Origin: a virus
Lineage: Duplodnaviria > Caudoviricetes
Virus record (IMG/VR): IMGVR_UViG_3300042431_000223
Location: 1-64,000 of that record
Length of the DNA stretch: 64,000 bases
Reading direction: 5' to 3' (one strand)
The notes beneath the pieces were generated by a model. The model searched no databases. It was not told the origin of the DNA and worked only from the letters and a program-made list of their open reading frames with translations. Both the position numbers and the translations under genes were made by a program. Position 1 is the stretch's first letter; each line of letters opens with the position of its first letter. Positions 26,155 to 36,600 of the stretch are shown piece by piece.

Positions 26155-29100
26155 TTATTTAGTTGATTTTTTAGGAGTGGTAGTTGTGGTTGCTTTTTTC
26201 TTAGCCGTAGTTGCAGGTTTTTTAGCTGCAGTTGCTTTGGTAGTCGTAGAGTTAGTTTTAGTAACTGAAGTAGTACTACCAGGAGCAGGGCTAGACGTAG
26301 TAGAAGTAGTTGTAGTAGTTGCGGCAGGAGTTGTTTTTTCAGTTGTAGTAGTTTTAGTTCCTGTCTGCTCGTTCTTTGTTGTTGTTTTTGTACTACTTGT
26401 ATTACTTGTTGTCTTAGTTGCATTGTCTACTTCAGGTAAACCGTTGTATCCATACTGAGCAAGTTGATCTGCAAACTCTTTAGAAGCATTGTCACTGACT
26501 TTAAATGACCTAGTATTAGCATCATAATCAAAATTTCTAACAAAGTTGTTATACCAAAACTGCTTTCTTGCTTCTTCTTGTCTCCACACAGCTCTCTTCT
26601 GAGAAGCAGACGCAATCAAAGCTTGACGTTGTGCAGTTACCGCATCATCTGCAGATGCAATAAGGGTATTGTATACTCTATCCAAAGCCTGCATATCGTA
26701 TATGTCTTCTTGGAATCTGTTTTGATTATTTACTTGATCTGCAGATGCTCTTTGCTGTGCATCAAAGTTTTGTTTCTCTGCATAAATTCTTTGCTTAGCC
26801 CCAAGAGTAGCAATAAATGCATTGTTAGGATCTGCTCCAGAATTAAGAGCAGCTACATAAGAGTTATCAATGTCTTGAAGTTGAGGTTGAATATTCAACG
26901 TCTGAGGCATTAAATAAGGAGCATTATAATCAGGAATAGCATAAGGGAACATTTGACTTGATGCCATACCATAAATCTCAGGAGCTAATTGAGGATAATC
27001 AAAAGCTTCAGGTTCAAACTTACCTGTACCTGCTCCTTGCAATTTAGTGTTATACTGTTTTCCTTTATCCTTATCTTTAACTACAGTTTCTCCTGGCTTA
27101 GTTCTTTCAGGTAAAGGTTCGTCTTCAAACCCAAGAACTTGTCCTAAATGAGTATTACCAGCTCGTCTATCGTCATCAGATATAGGCATGCCCAAAAAAA
27201 CTTGGTCTGCTAAACCTTCAGGAGCAACTCTAAATCCTCTAAGTCTGTCTTTGTCTTTTCCTCTTTTACTTTCTGCTTTCTTTAAAGATGCAATTCCTTT
27301 GTAGGCACTTTGATACTTTTCTATAGCATCTAAGTCTACTTCTGGATTCTCAATTTTATATCTAGTATTTCCTTGAGCGTCTTTATAAGCAACAGGTTTG
27401 TTCTTTAAAAAGAATATACCATCGGGATTAATTTTTCCTTTCGCTACGTCTTCTGCAAATTGGGTAGATTCTATCCAAGTCTTATATTTCTCTGCTGCTT
27501 TTTGTCTCTGAATATTAGGATCATAACCTTTGTCTAATTGAACATCAAACAACTCTTCTTCTCTATTTATGCTTTTATAAAAATTACGTAAAGCAGTTAA
27601 TTCATTATTTCCATTAGATAATAAACTAATTACTTCGTTACCGTCAGATACTCGCAACTCTGGTCTATTTACCTCAGTGTTATACGAGTCTATTAACAAA
27701 GGATTTAACTCTTCGTAAAACTCGTTGTATCTGTTTACTAATAGATTAGTTGGATCATTGCCATACTGATCTGCTAGTTTCTTATTTGCAAAATCTCCTT
27801 GTCCTTCTACATAAAAGGTTCTACCGTTAGGTGCTTTTTTTCTATAAATTGAAGTTGGATCAGTAGCATTAGTTTTAGAAACATTTCCTGTTTCGTCAGC
27901 TAAAACTTGCTTGTTTTGATTAGTTGCTGTATTTAACTCAGGTTGTGCAGTTGCTCCTAAATTTCCTGGTCCATCTAATCCTTGAGGAGCAGCTGGGTTA
28001 GGAGCTTGAGAAGCAGCTAAATTTTTCTCTGCTTGTACAGTTCTTTCTTGTATCTGTTTAGTTAAAGCCTCGGCTTCGTCTGCTTTAACACTTAAGTTTT
28101 CTTCATTCCAACTAGAGTAAAGTGTAGGAAAATCTTTAGCCATTCTATTTTCGTACATATAACTGGGATTACTAAACATCCCTTGATTCCTCTGAAATTG
28201 TTTTTGTTGTTCTGGAGTCAAAACTACAGAAGCAGGTGTCTGTGTAGAATTTTCATTAAGTAGTCCTGTTTGTCCGACACGTTTTTCTTGCTCTTTGAAC
28301 TCTCCGTTAGAGTTTCCATTCATAGCTTGTTGAATCTGAAATAACTGTTGTAGTTTTTTCATGTTCCTATCCATCATAACTTCTGCAGTAGTTCTATCTA
28401 CTGCTTTAGCATGTGGGTTATCAAGAGTTTCTTTGTACTTAGTTATGTCGTATTTTTTAGCTTCTTGAGAAAAAGTCTTACCTACTCCTGGGACTTTTAA
28501 ATGGTCTGAGAATACAATAGTGCCTTCAGGGAGTACAAAGTCTTCTCCGCCTTGTGAGTGTTTTTTACCTCCTACTAAGTACGTGTCGAGGTTAGGGAGC
28601 ATAAACATTTCCCCACGTTCTAACTCAGCTTCTTCTGCTCCTGAACTAGTTCCTGTACGTATCTCTGCACCATCCTTAGCATAAATTACAGATTGACTTC
28701 CTGGCCTTCCCATAAACTCATATTCGTTAGGCATGTATCTAGGACGGTCATTTAAGTTTTGAATACGTCCTGCTAAGTCTTCTCTAGTTTGAGCATCGTC
28801 GTAAACACCTTTAGCAGCAGAAACTAATCCTGTTCCTGTACGAACATAATCTTGCCAAGTTGCTGCATTAGGATTTTTACCTGTTCTAGGTTTTTTTTCT
28901 ACACTACCTAAAGCTTGTTCTGAAGCAGCCTTTACTTCTTGATTAAACTCATCATTCTGGAAATTTCTTAATGAGTTAGGAGTAGAGGTAATAACTTCTG
29001 TTTCTCCAAGAATCTGATCTTGAGTACGAATATCATTAACATCTTGTCCTGCTGTTAAATCAGGAATTCCTGTGATGCCGTAAGCATTAGTTGTTTGAAA

Positions 29101-29373
29101 ATCTTCCGCAGACATTGGGAAGTTTTTCTTCATCTTAGCAATCTCTTTCTCAGTATATTGTCTAGTAGCAGGAGATCTTAAAGGAAATTGTTTTCTATAT
29201 GCTTGCTCAGCAGCAAATCGTGCCTCAAAATCTCCTGTAAGGTCTGTTACAACTGCTGTTAAATCTCGGCCTTTTAATTCTTCTGTAGGATTTGAAACTA
29301 CAGGATTAGTCTGATACTTCTTTTTAAAAAGCTCAGTTTTTAACCCCTTAACTCTATTTTTTCCAGTATTCAT
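26155..29373 (-). CDS. Putative internal cargo protein (crAss-type AELERGE...GGKKHSQGG motif) with a Thr/Lys-rich tail
   Basis: 1072 aa, Cys-free; contains EAELERGEMFMLPN...VGGKKHSQGGEDFVLPEGTIVFSDHLK; C-terminal low-complexity T/K/A tail. Confidence 0.72.
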   Translation of the reverse strand: MNTGKNRVKGLKTELFKKKYQTNPVVSNPTEELKGRDLTAVVTDLTGDFEARFAAEQAYRKQFPLRSPATRQYTEKEIAKMKKNFPMSAEDFQTTNAYGITGIPDLTAGQDVNDIRTQDQILGETEVITSTPNSLRNFQNDEFNQEVKAASEQALGSVEKKPRTGKNPNAATWQDYVRTGTGLVSAAKGVYDDAQTREDLAGRIQNLNDRPRYMPNEYEFMGRPGSQSVIYAKDGAEIRTGTSSGAEEAELERGEMFMLPNLDTYLVGGKKHSQGGEDFVLPEGTIVFSDHLKVPGVGKTFSQEAKKYDITKYKETLDNPHAKAVDRTTAEVMMDRNMKKLQQLFQIQQAMNGNSNGEFKEQEKRVGQTGLLNENSTQTPASVVLTPEQQKQFQRNQGMFSNPSYMYENRMAKDFPTLYSSWNEENLSVKADEAEALTKQIQERTVQAEKNLAASQAPNPAAPQGLDGPGNLGATAQPELNTATNQNKQVLADETGNVSKTNATDPTSIYRKKAPNGRTFYVEGQGDFANKKLADQYGNDPTNLLVNRYNEFYEELNPLLIDSYNTEVNRPELRVSDGNEVISLLSNGNNELTALRNFYKSINREEELFDVQLDKGYDPNIQRQKAAEKYKTWIESTQFAEDVAKGKINPDGIFFLKNKPVAYKDAQGNTRYKIENPEVDLDAIEKYQSAYKGIASLKKAESKRGKDKDRLRGFRVAPEGLADQVFLGMPISDDDRRAGNTHLGQVLGFEDEPLPERTKPGETVVKDKDKGKQYNTKLQGAGTGKFEPEAFDYPQLAPEIYGMASSQMFPYAIPDYNAPYLMPQTLNIQPQLQDIDNSYVAALNSGADPNNAFIATLGAKQRIYAEKQNFDAQQRASADQVNNQNRFQEDIYDMQALDRVYNTLIASADDAVTAQRQALIASASQKRAVWRQEEARKQFWYNNFVRNFDYDANTRSFKVSDNASKEFADQLAQYGYNGLPEVDNATKTTSNTSSTKTTTKNEQTGTKTTTTEKTTPAATTTTTSTTSSPAPGSTTSVTKTNSTTTKATAAKKPATTAKKKATTTTTPKKSTK
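26158..26430 (-). repeat. Low-complexity Thr/Lys/Ala coding tract (GTA/GTT/GCA triplets on the + strand)
   Basis: Encodes TKTTSNTSSTKTTTK...TAAKKPATTAKKKATTTTTPKKSTK. Confidence 0.8.
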
Positions 29374-29434
29374 TAACTTTAAATATTAATTAACTTTATA
29401 AGTTAAGTATACTTGAACTTAAAAAGTGTAAGTA

Positions 29435-29464
29435 CAAATATACTCTATTACCAATAAAAATCAA
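29435..29464 (-). promoter_or_regulatory. Bacteroidota sigma70-type promoter for the cargo/giant gene operon
   Basis: TTG(29464-29462)-N19-TATATTTG(29442-29435); intergenic. Confidence 0.8.
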
Positions 29465-29468
29465 GAGT

Positions 29469-29618
29469 TTACTTACCTTGACCTCTGTACGCCTTCTGAT
29501 AATTCTTGCTCTGTTTTAACTTAGAAGATTTAGTCTTAGCGTGTACGCCAGGACGATTTACCTTTGGTTTTTCTTTATGCAGAGAAGAACTTGATGTAGT
29601 TTTACTTTTAGTTGCCAT
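29469..29618 (-). CDS. 49-aa highly basic microprotein (below the ORF track cutoff)
   Basis: MATKSKTTSSSSLHKEKPKVNRPGVHAKTKSSKLKQSKNYQKAYRGQGK*; fills the gap exactly, has an AT-rich leader and no acidic residue except one Glu. Confidence 0.75.
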   Translation of the reverse strand: MATKSKTTSSSSLHKEKPKVNRPGVHAKTKSSKLKQSKNYQKAYRGQGK

Positions 29619-29640
29619 CTTATTAATTATGAATCAATAA

Positions 29641-31755
29641 TTACCACTTAACTTTATTAGCCCAGTACGCAGCGGAAGATTTTCCTTTAGCTATATTCTT
29701 TGCGTGACGTGCTTTAAATGCTTTGTTACGAGCAGAACCATCTGGAGAACCTGATACTCCCTTCTGTCCGAAACGAATTAACTTATAGTTACCATCAACC
29801 TTAGTTACTACGGCATGACTTTTGCCGCCACTAGTAGTTCTCTTTGGTTTGTCTACACCAGAGAATCCCATCTTCTTGTATCGTTTAGGAAACTGTCCTC
29901 CATTTTTCATGTAGTACATTTCTTTCAAACCACCATTACCAAAAGCAGTAGTAGGTGGAGGAGTATAAGCAGGTGTTCCATACATAGGACTTACGTTATG
30001 TACAATAGCATGCTCTCCAGCACCAATACCTTGTTTAATAGCCTGATTAGAACCTACTTGTAAACCACGAGCAGTACCTGAGATTGCTTGTTGTGCTGCA
30101 TTACTCTCAGCATTTAATAGCATAGGCATTGCTTTATTTCTGATTGCTTTACTAGTAGCTCCTGTTAAACCATGTTCTAAACCATGAAGTTTACTTCCAA
30201 TTCCTTTACCTAACCCAAAAGAAATTCCAGCTGCACCTAAACCTTTCATAGCATCTCCAATATTTCCATCAGTAGATTGAGCTTCTTCAACACCACGCAT
30301 ACCCGATGCTGCCATAGTCTCGGCATAAACCAAGGGATTCATGTAACTATCTACAAAAGATTTGCTTGTAGGTGAAGCTAATCCTGCTGTAACCAAAGGA
30401 GAACGAGTACTAAACAAACCAAGACGATTTCCTGAATTGGCATAGTTAGCATCAACTTGTTCTTTAGTTAACTTACTTGCATCGTAAGTATCGGTATCAT
30501 AACCTGTACGAATTCTAGAACCTGTTTGGGTTTTATCTAGATTATACATTGCATCAAGTTCAGATGCTCTTGCATCTGATTTATTAAAAGCACCTACGTA
30601 GTCAGATATCTTAGCATCATCTCCTAGACCTCCCATAATATCTGCATTGGAACTTTTGATTTGTCTTTGTTTTTCTGCCTCAATTTTAGCTTCGGCTTGT
30701 TTAGCCATACTCTCAGTAACTCTTGCTTTGGTAGCTCGTAACTCAGCTTGACCCGCAGCAGTTTTACTTTTAGCAATCATAGCTTGGTTTTTAGCAATTG
30801 TTTTTCTGTCTACTACATTAGATTGTACTCTAGTGTTATCACCATAAGAACGGTTATCTACTGTAGGGGGAATATATTTAGGAGCTGCTTTAGCTGGAGT
30901 TGGTTGCTGACGTACACTAGCTGCAGATGCTTGTGCAAAATTAAAACCAGGTTTGCTAGAGTCCATTTGAACAGGATTAAACCTTACAGCTCCATTTTGC
31001 ATTTTATAACCATACCTAGATGCAGTTTCTTTAGCTTGACCTACGTTACCTTTAGCAGCAGCCATGAAACGAGCACGTGCTATATCAGCTGGCATTTTAC
31101 CACCTGACTGCATTTTCTTTTTCTCGTTAAGACTGTTTCTAAGATTGCTAATTCTATATGCTTCCTCTACTCTACTGTCCATTTCACTACGTGTATTTCC
31201 TACTTCATTTCCAAGCTCATCTATATAAGGTTTACCTAAATCTTGGTTTAACATTTGTTGATGTAACCTATAAGATAAATCTGTATCCATTTGTTTATTT
31301 AAATAGAACTGATTTTTATTTTTAGGATTTAAAACAATCGGAGCATCTTTTCTATTTGTTCGATTAAACATTCTATTGTACTCACCTCCTGACTGCATTG
31401 TACTCATTGTCATAGCTTCCTGAAGTACGGACTGTCCAGCAGAACTTTGAGGCATCATACCTCCTACTTGCATCATTGCAGGTTGAGCAGATTGATTAAT
31501 CATATCTACTACAGGAGATCCTGACATTCCCCCCATCTGCATGTTAGACCGAATCTTTGCTTGTACGTAACTAGGTAATGCCCTAAAACCTGGATTGTTT
31601 ACTCCTCCATCAGCCATGTTTGATTTAATCTTTTTTTCTTGTTTAAGCATTTCAGCAGTAGGTTTTTTACCGCTACCTCGATTGGCCCGAATGTTGTCCC
31701 AAAGACCTCGTTGTGAGTAAGAGCCATCCTTACGTTTTATCATTTCTTTTTTCAT
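29641..31755 (-). CDS. Modular cargo protein with repeated [MF]xxG[GA] motifs and small basic N- and C-terminal domains
   Basis: 704 aa; MADGG, MQMGG, MQVGG, MQSGG x2, MQNGA, FGNGG, MKNGG. The C-terminal LIRFGQKG...KAFKARH...SAAYWANKVKW resembles a widespread small basic phage domain (DUF6321-like, from memory). Confidence 0.75.
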   Translation of the reverse strand: MKKEMIKRKDGSYSQRGLWDNIRANRGSGKKPTAEMLKQEKKIKSNMADGGVNNPGFRALPSYVQAKIRSNMQMGGMSGSPVVDMINQSAQPAMMQVGGMMPQSSAGQSVLQEAMTMSTMQSGGEYNRMFNRTNRKDAPIVLNPKNKNQFYLNKQMDTDLSYRLHQQMLNQDLGKPYIDELGNEVGNTRSEMDSRVEEAYRISNLRNSLNEKKKMQSGGKMPADIARARFMAAAKGNVGQAKETASRYGYKMQNGAVRFNPVQMDSSKPGFNFAQASAASVRQQPTPAKAAPKYIPPTVDNRSYGDNTRVQSNVVDRKTIAKNQAMIAKSKTAAGQAELRATKARVTESMAKQAEAKIEAEKQRQIKSSNADIMGGLGDDAKISDYVGAFNKSDARASELDAMYNLDKTQTGSRIRTGYDTDTYDASKLTKEQVDANYANSGNRLGLFSTRSPLVTAGLASPTSKSFVDSYMNPLVYAETMAASGMRGVEEAQSTDGNIGDAMKGLGAAGISFGLGKGIGSKLHGLEHGLTGATSKAIRNKAMPMLLNAESNAAQQAISGTARGLQVGSNQAIKQGIGAGEHAIVHNVSPMYGTPAYTPPPTTAFGNGGLKEMYYMKNGGQFPKRYKKMGFSGVDKPKRTTSGGKSHAVVTKVDGNYKLIRFGQKGVSGSPDGSARNKAFKARHAKNIAKGKSSAAYWANKVKW

Positions 31756-33005
31756 TTTTTCTTTTTCTTTTTATAAGCGTCTCTGATAGTACTAGGCATA
31801 GAACTAACTACAGTTCCGTTAACTCCTGGAATTGACATTCCTCCTCCTTGAAAAGCTTTATTATAACTAAAGCCTACATTATAGGAACCTGGTTGATCTT
31901 TAGACTTGCTGTATCCTGCTTTCACACTAAGACCTTTTGCAAGTCTTGCTGTTGCCTCTGCTGATAAGGATTGCAGACCAGCTTCTTTACTGCCTGAAAC
32001 ATCACCTCTAAGATTTAAACGATTTTTAAGTAAGGATAACTCTGCATCTGCATTATAACGATATCCTGTTTCTGGATTGTAGTTTCCTCTTACATTATAA
32101 TTAACAGGTCCAACTTCACCACGAACTCCTGCTTGAATATTATACTCAGGGTTTATTCCTTCTAATGAGTATGGTTTTTTTCTATTTATACCAGGAAGGT
32201 CTCCTAATCCTTCAAAGGTTCCTCTACCATAAACATTCAAAGCTTGACCTATAGGACTTAAAGAAAATGCTAATTCATTAATTGTTTCCTCGTCGGTAAC
32301 GTTTCTTTTTAACTTTAGTTGGTTTCCTTTTCCTTTCAGAGTTATTTCTTGTTCTTGTGGACTTAATCGTATTCCTAAATTTGGAGAATTATTTTGATAA
32401 GTAAGTCCTGAGTAAAGGCTCTCTAAACTATTTGTTCCAAAAGGATTGTAATTCCCTTCGGTACTAACTCTACCTAAACTACCAAGATCACCCTCAAGTG
32501 AATAATCAAGTCCTCTTTCAAATGCACTTTTTACATCTTTTGAAATATCGCCAGGCATTCTACTTAATTCCTCAGTTTCCATGTTATTAAATCTTCGTGC
32601 AAAACGAGTGGCTCCTGAAGATAAATTCAACCATTCTGGAGTTTGTATTGTTGAATTTGAATTCTCTGCCATGTAAGCGTTAAACCTAGCTTGTTGTTCT
32701 GGGGTCATTTGGCTAGGTTTAGCTTTAGCTCCCATTTGCATTTTCTTTTCTAAAACGGCTTCGTCTTCAGAGAAAAAATAATCCTCTCCTGGCAGCATTA
32801 CTTGGCTTTGTCCTGATTGCAAACCAATACCCATAATAGGAGAGTCAAAGTAATCTTTCTCTCCTTCGGGTCCTTTCATAGTTATCTCATTAGAAGGAAC
32901 TACTACGTCTCCATCTTGATACCACATACCAGTTTTACGCACAGGAACTTTTTTACCTCCAGAAGCATACTTCTTTTTGTAGTGTTCAAATAAACTAGAC
33001 TTCAT
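31752..33005 (-). CDS. Cargo protein with a central amphipathic beta-strand (barrel-like) region between GG motifs
   Basis: 417 aa; YASGG, MQMGA and FQGGG motifs; alternating-pattern strands such as YNIQAGVRGEVGPVNYNVRGNY, LSVKAGYSKS and YNVGFSYNKAF. Confidence 0.7.
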   Translation of the reverse strand: MKSSLFEHYKKKYASGGKKVPVRKTGMWYQDGDVVVPSNEITMKGPEGEKDYFDSPIMGIGLQSGQSQVMLPGEDYFFSEDEAVLEKKMQMGAKAKPSQMTPEQQARFNAYMAENSNSTIQTPEWLNLSSGATRFARRFNNMETEELSRMPGDISKDVKSAFERGLDYSLEGDLGSLGRVSTEGNYNPFGTNSLESLYSGLTYQNNSPNLGIRLSPQEQEITLKGKGNQLKLKRNVTDEETINELAFSLSPIGQALNVYGRGTFEGLGDLPGINRKKPYSLEGINPEYNIQAGVRGEVGPVNYNVRGNYNPETGYRYNADAELSLLKNRLNLRGDVSGSKEAGLQSLSAEATARLAKGLSVKAGYSKSKDQPGSYNVGFSYNKAFQGGGMSIPGVNGTVVSSMPSTIRDAYKKKKKK

Positions 33006-33244
33006 TACTTCTTCATTTTGGAGAGTGTCTTAGCAAGGTTAGCTCTTTTAACTGTAGTTGATGAAAACTTTTCTTTGTTAGACAATACTTTATCGCGAAA
33101 TGCCGATGTAGACATTCCTGCTTTTTTTGCTTGAGCTGTAAATGATCCTGGTTTTTTAATAGCTTTTTGGATCCACTTACCGCCCTTCTTCATCTTCATG
33201 CCTTTTTTGGCATAGTACATTTCTTGTAAACTAGAATTATTCAT
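33005..33244 (-). CDS. Small basic protein (WIQKAIKKPG...RANLAKTL type)
   Basis: 79 aa, Lys-rich, with a MKKGG motif; translationally coupled to the next gene. Confidence 0.7.
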   Translation of the reverse strand: MNNSSLQEMYYAKKGMKMKKGGKWIQKAIKKPGSFTAQAKKAGMSTSAFRDKVLSNKEKFSSTTVKRANLAKTLSKMKK

Positions 33245-33257
33245 CGCAAACTAAAGA

Positions 33258-33635
33258 TTAACTTAAGGTAAGCAAATATAATGTCTTATTAATCAAAGCG
33301 ATTATTTCATCTAAAATATTTTGGATATCTGTGCGATCTAAACCTAAAACATTTCTATGTTTTTTAACATACTCTTTGAACTGTTTAAGGTGTGTTTCAG
33401 CATTGATATAATCTGATGCAGGTATTTTAATGTTTACTCTTTTTCCAATGCATCCGAAGTAAGACTCAAGCATGCTATCTAACAAATCTAGTAGACCGTC
33501 GTAATAGCCATTTAAAGCCTTATGCTCAGCATAAGAAGTTGTTTGTAAGTGTGCAAGATGAATGATATCTCTTGATTGGAAAAACTGCCCTAAATACACT
33601 TCTGGTTTTATAGAGCTGATTACTTCTGGTGTCAT
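33258..33635 (-). CDS. Ferritin/Dps-like four-helix protein (DUF5856-type)
   Basis: IIHLAHLQTTSYAEHKALNGYYDGLLDLLDSMLESYFG pattern; usual position after the muzzle gene in crAss-like phages. Confidence 0.78.
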   Translation of the reverse strand: MTPEVISSIKPEVYLGQFFQSRDIIHLAHLQTTSYAEHKALNGYYDGLLDLLDSMLESYFGCIGKRVNIKIPASDYINAETHLKQFKEYVKKHRNVLGLDRTDIQNILDEIIALINKTLYLLTLS

Positions 33636-36600
33636 ATTATTGAGTTAGTGGTTTGTGTCATTTGTAAGTTATTAATGAATTTGTATCGATTAAACTTATC
33701 TTGAATTAATCTTACCTTACAAAAAGTAGAACGAAGTTTTTGTTTTCCAGTAAGTCTAGTAGTTGTAATTACTGACTTAGGATTAATTACTTTGTCTATT
33801 GGATATTGAGAACTAATGTCTTCCCACTTTGTACTGAACAAAGTTTGGAAGTTTTCTTTGTTGTTAGTAGCATCCCAAAATCCATTAAAGGTATTTTTTA
33901 AGTCCCGTTTAGTTACTAAAACCTCAGTACCAAATCTACTTATTCTAGGATACAACAATTTTTGACGAGCATCATTAGGTAATTGAGGAATCAAATTAAC
34001 TAATCCTGAAGTTTGTTCTTTGTTGTATATAATTGCTTTAGTAAAGTTTGGTGTATTCTTATCGTTGTACGAGCCTAAAGAATAATAATCATTCCTGTTA
34101 TAATACTTGTGAATGTCCTGATGATAAGTAACAGCATTAACTGTACTTGTACTAGGAGAAGTATTTACAGTATACTCAAGAATATAAGGATAGAAACGAC
34201 CATAATAAGTCTGATAAGTTAATGGAGACAAGTTATGATTCCATGTCCCTGTAGGTGTAGCTGTTTGGAAATGGTCTATAAATCCAAGATAGGCACTAGG
34301 TAAGAAAGAGTGGAATGAAATCCATGCTTTCAACAATACACTATAAGAAAGAGTAAACGAGTGGTTCTCAAAATAAGTTAAGTCCCCAAACTGAATTTCA
34401 GTATCGTTATAGTAGAGCTTTTTATTCTCATAGGTAACAGAACCTCTGTATTGTTCTTTTAATCTATAATCTAGTTTAGTTAAAAGCAGTCTATGGAAAC
34501 GTTCATCCCAACCTAAAGAAATACCAATTCCTTTAAATGTATTGTCTACAGGAAAGTTAGGAAAGTCTTTAAGAATCTTAAATGGTAGATTTTCTTTAAA
34601 CCATTGCATAGATCCTCTTAGAGAAATTTCATCTATACCTCCACTAGTTACTTGGTACACGTGTCCTCTACGTGCATCTACCCAAAATCCTCCGTGTGTA
34701 GTTTTAACAAATGCTTTATGCTGTGTACCAAGATATCCAATGTCTGCTGTAGACATCTCAATAGGCTTTTGATTAAACATACTAGCATTTCCTATTTCCA
34801 TAGCAATAGGATTGTTACTGTCTAGTGTGATAATAGCATTGTATACCTTAGTGTTGTTCTCAAAACGAGCATATACTTTACCATTCTCAACACCGTTAAG
34901 TGCAATTAGTTTACCTGTAGTTTTAGGAAAGTCATAGAAATTACCTCTTCTAAAGTTTAACCAAGGGTCTTCTTTACCATAACGTCCTGCTGGATCAGAA
35001 TAAATTACTCTGTTATATAAATCAGTTTCACAATACAACTCAGGATAAACCTCGTTATATGGGAAGTTAGGATTAATTATATTTTGTACAGAGTATGTAG
35101 GATTGTAATGATAGAAGTTATCAAACTTAATTGGTACGTTTACTTCTTGTAGCCACTGGTCAGGAACTTCTCCAAGTTCTTTGGCACCATAAAAATTCTC
35201 TTCACGATCATTACGGCCATGACGAAAATCTACGTTTACATCTGACTCAACAAAGAAGATAGGAATACCATAAGAGAATAAATAAATCTTCCCTTTAAAG
35301 TAAAAGAATGTATCTCCAGTTACATCATCATCAAGGAATAAATAAGGAGTTAATCCTCCTAGCAAATCATTAATAGTATCTAACAACGAGATTTTAGCAG
35401 CAGCTGTAGCTAATTCTAAAGCAGATTCATATCCAAAATCACCACTTCCAAAATATGCAAGAATTGCTCCTGCAAGTACAGCAGCACTTATCCAAACAGT
35501 AATTTGAAGAAGTTCTGCCTTTAAAGTTGCTTCAATGTCTTGTACCTTTTGTTGATATCCGTAGAAGTATGCAGGATAACCTAAGTTAGGAAACAAGTAA
35601 TAGTTGAAAGGAATATCGTCTGGCTTACCTGCTAGATTTTGACGGAAGAAAGCATGCTTACGTTTAAGAGCAAAAGCATTGATAAAAGTATCTCCCCCAA
35701 AAGCAGGGTAGTAAGTTTCAATCATTTCTCCTAAACCATTATTAGGATTAATTCTGATATCTATAGAATAGCCAGTAGACAAATACCTTAGGTTGCTTAT
35801 AGGTCCATACTGATTTGGTCTTAGGTTTTTTATAGCCCCATAGTAGGCTCTAGTTGTTTTACTATCGTCTATATCAGTTCTATTAGAATGACTGTGATTA
35901 CTTGCCTTGTACCTAGAGTTGTCTATAACTGAGGGATGGTGATGAGCAAAATCGTTATCTAAGGATAAGTAAACACTAGACTCTCTGAATCTATTATGGA
36001 AAGGTTTCTCTCCTTGTCCAAAATTTAAAATTTCACTAGGAGCATAATTACCAAACCTAATACTTCTTCTTTTGTTTCCTGAGTTAGGAATAGTTAAGTA
36101 TCCATTATACTTAGCCATTCCATTGTATTGCCATGCAAAATTTACTTTTGGAGTAAATCTTTCAATAAGCAAAGCAAACATTTCCTTGTCTTGAAAAAAG
36201 TTTGAAGTGTCTAAACCCGAACCACTCATTCCCATTAACACAGAAATTAATCCCGAAATTAAATTAACTTTATCTGTATAGAGTTTTAAAGAACTGTGTT
36301 CTTCTACTTCTACGAAGTGCCCTAATACGCGACCAATTTCAAGTGTTTCTATTTTAAGTTCGCTACCTATTCTAGGGTAGGAAAAGTGCGTATCGGGGGA
36401 ATGAAAAGTAAATCTTTTGTGTTTGTAGGTAATGATATTATTATCAACAAAACCGTGATGTATAAAGTTGTTACTATTTATACTCATAGCTTTATTGTAC
36501 CACTCGCTATCTGTTTTAAGATAGGGATCTACATCAACTCCTGAACCTCTCCAGTTAATATCATTGAATGGATAATTTGGATAGTGGTATTCTTTAGTAC

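Noticed and set aside
26066-26458. Hydrophobic Val-rich 130-aa plus-strand ORF resembling a membrane protein, and the Gln/Leu-rich 26103-26423 alternative frame
   Set aside because: Both are by-products of the Thr/Lys low-complexity tail codons.
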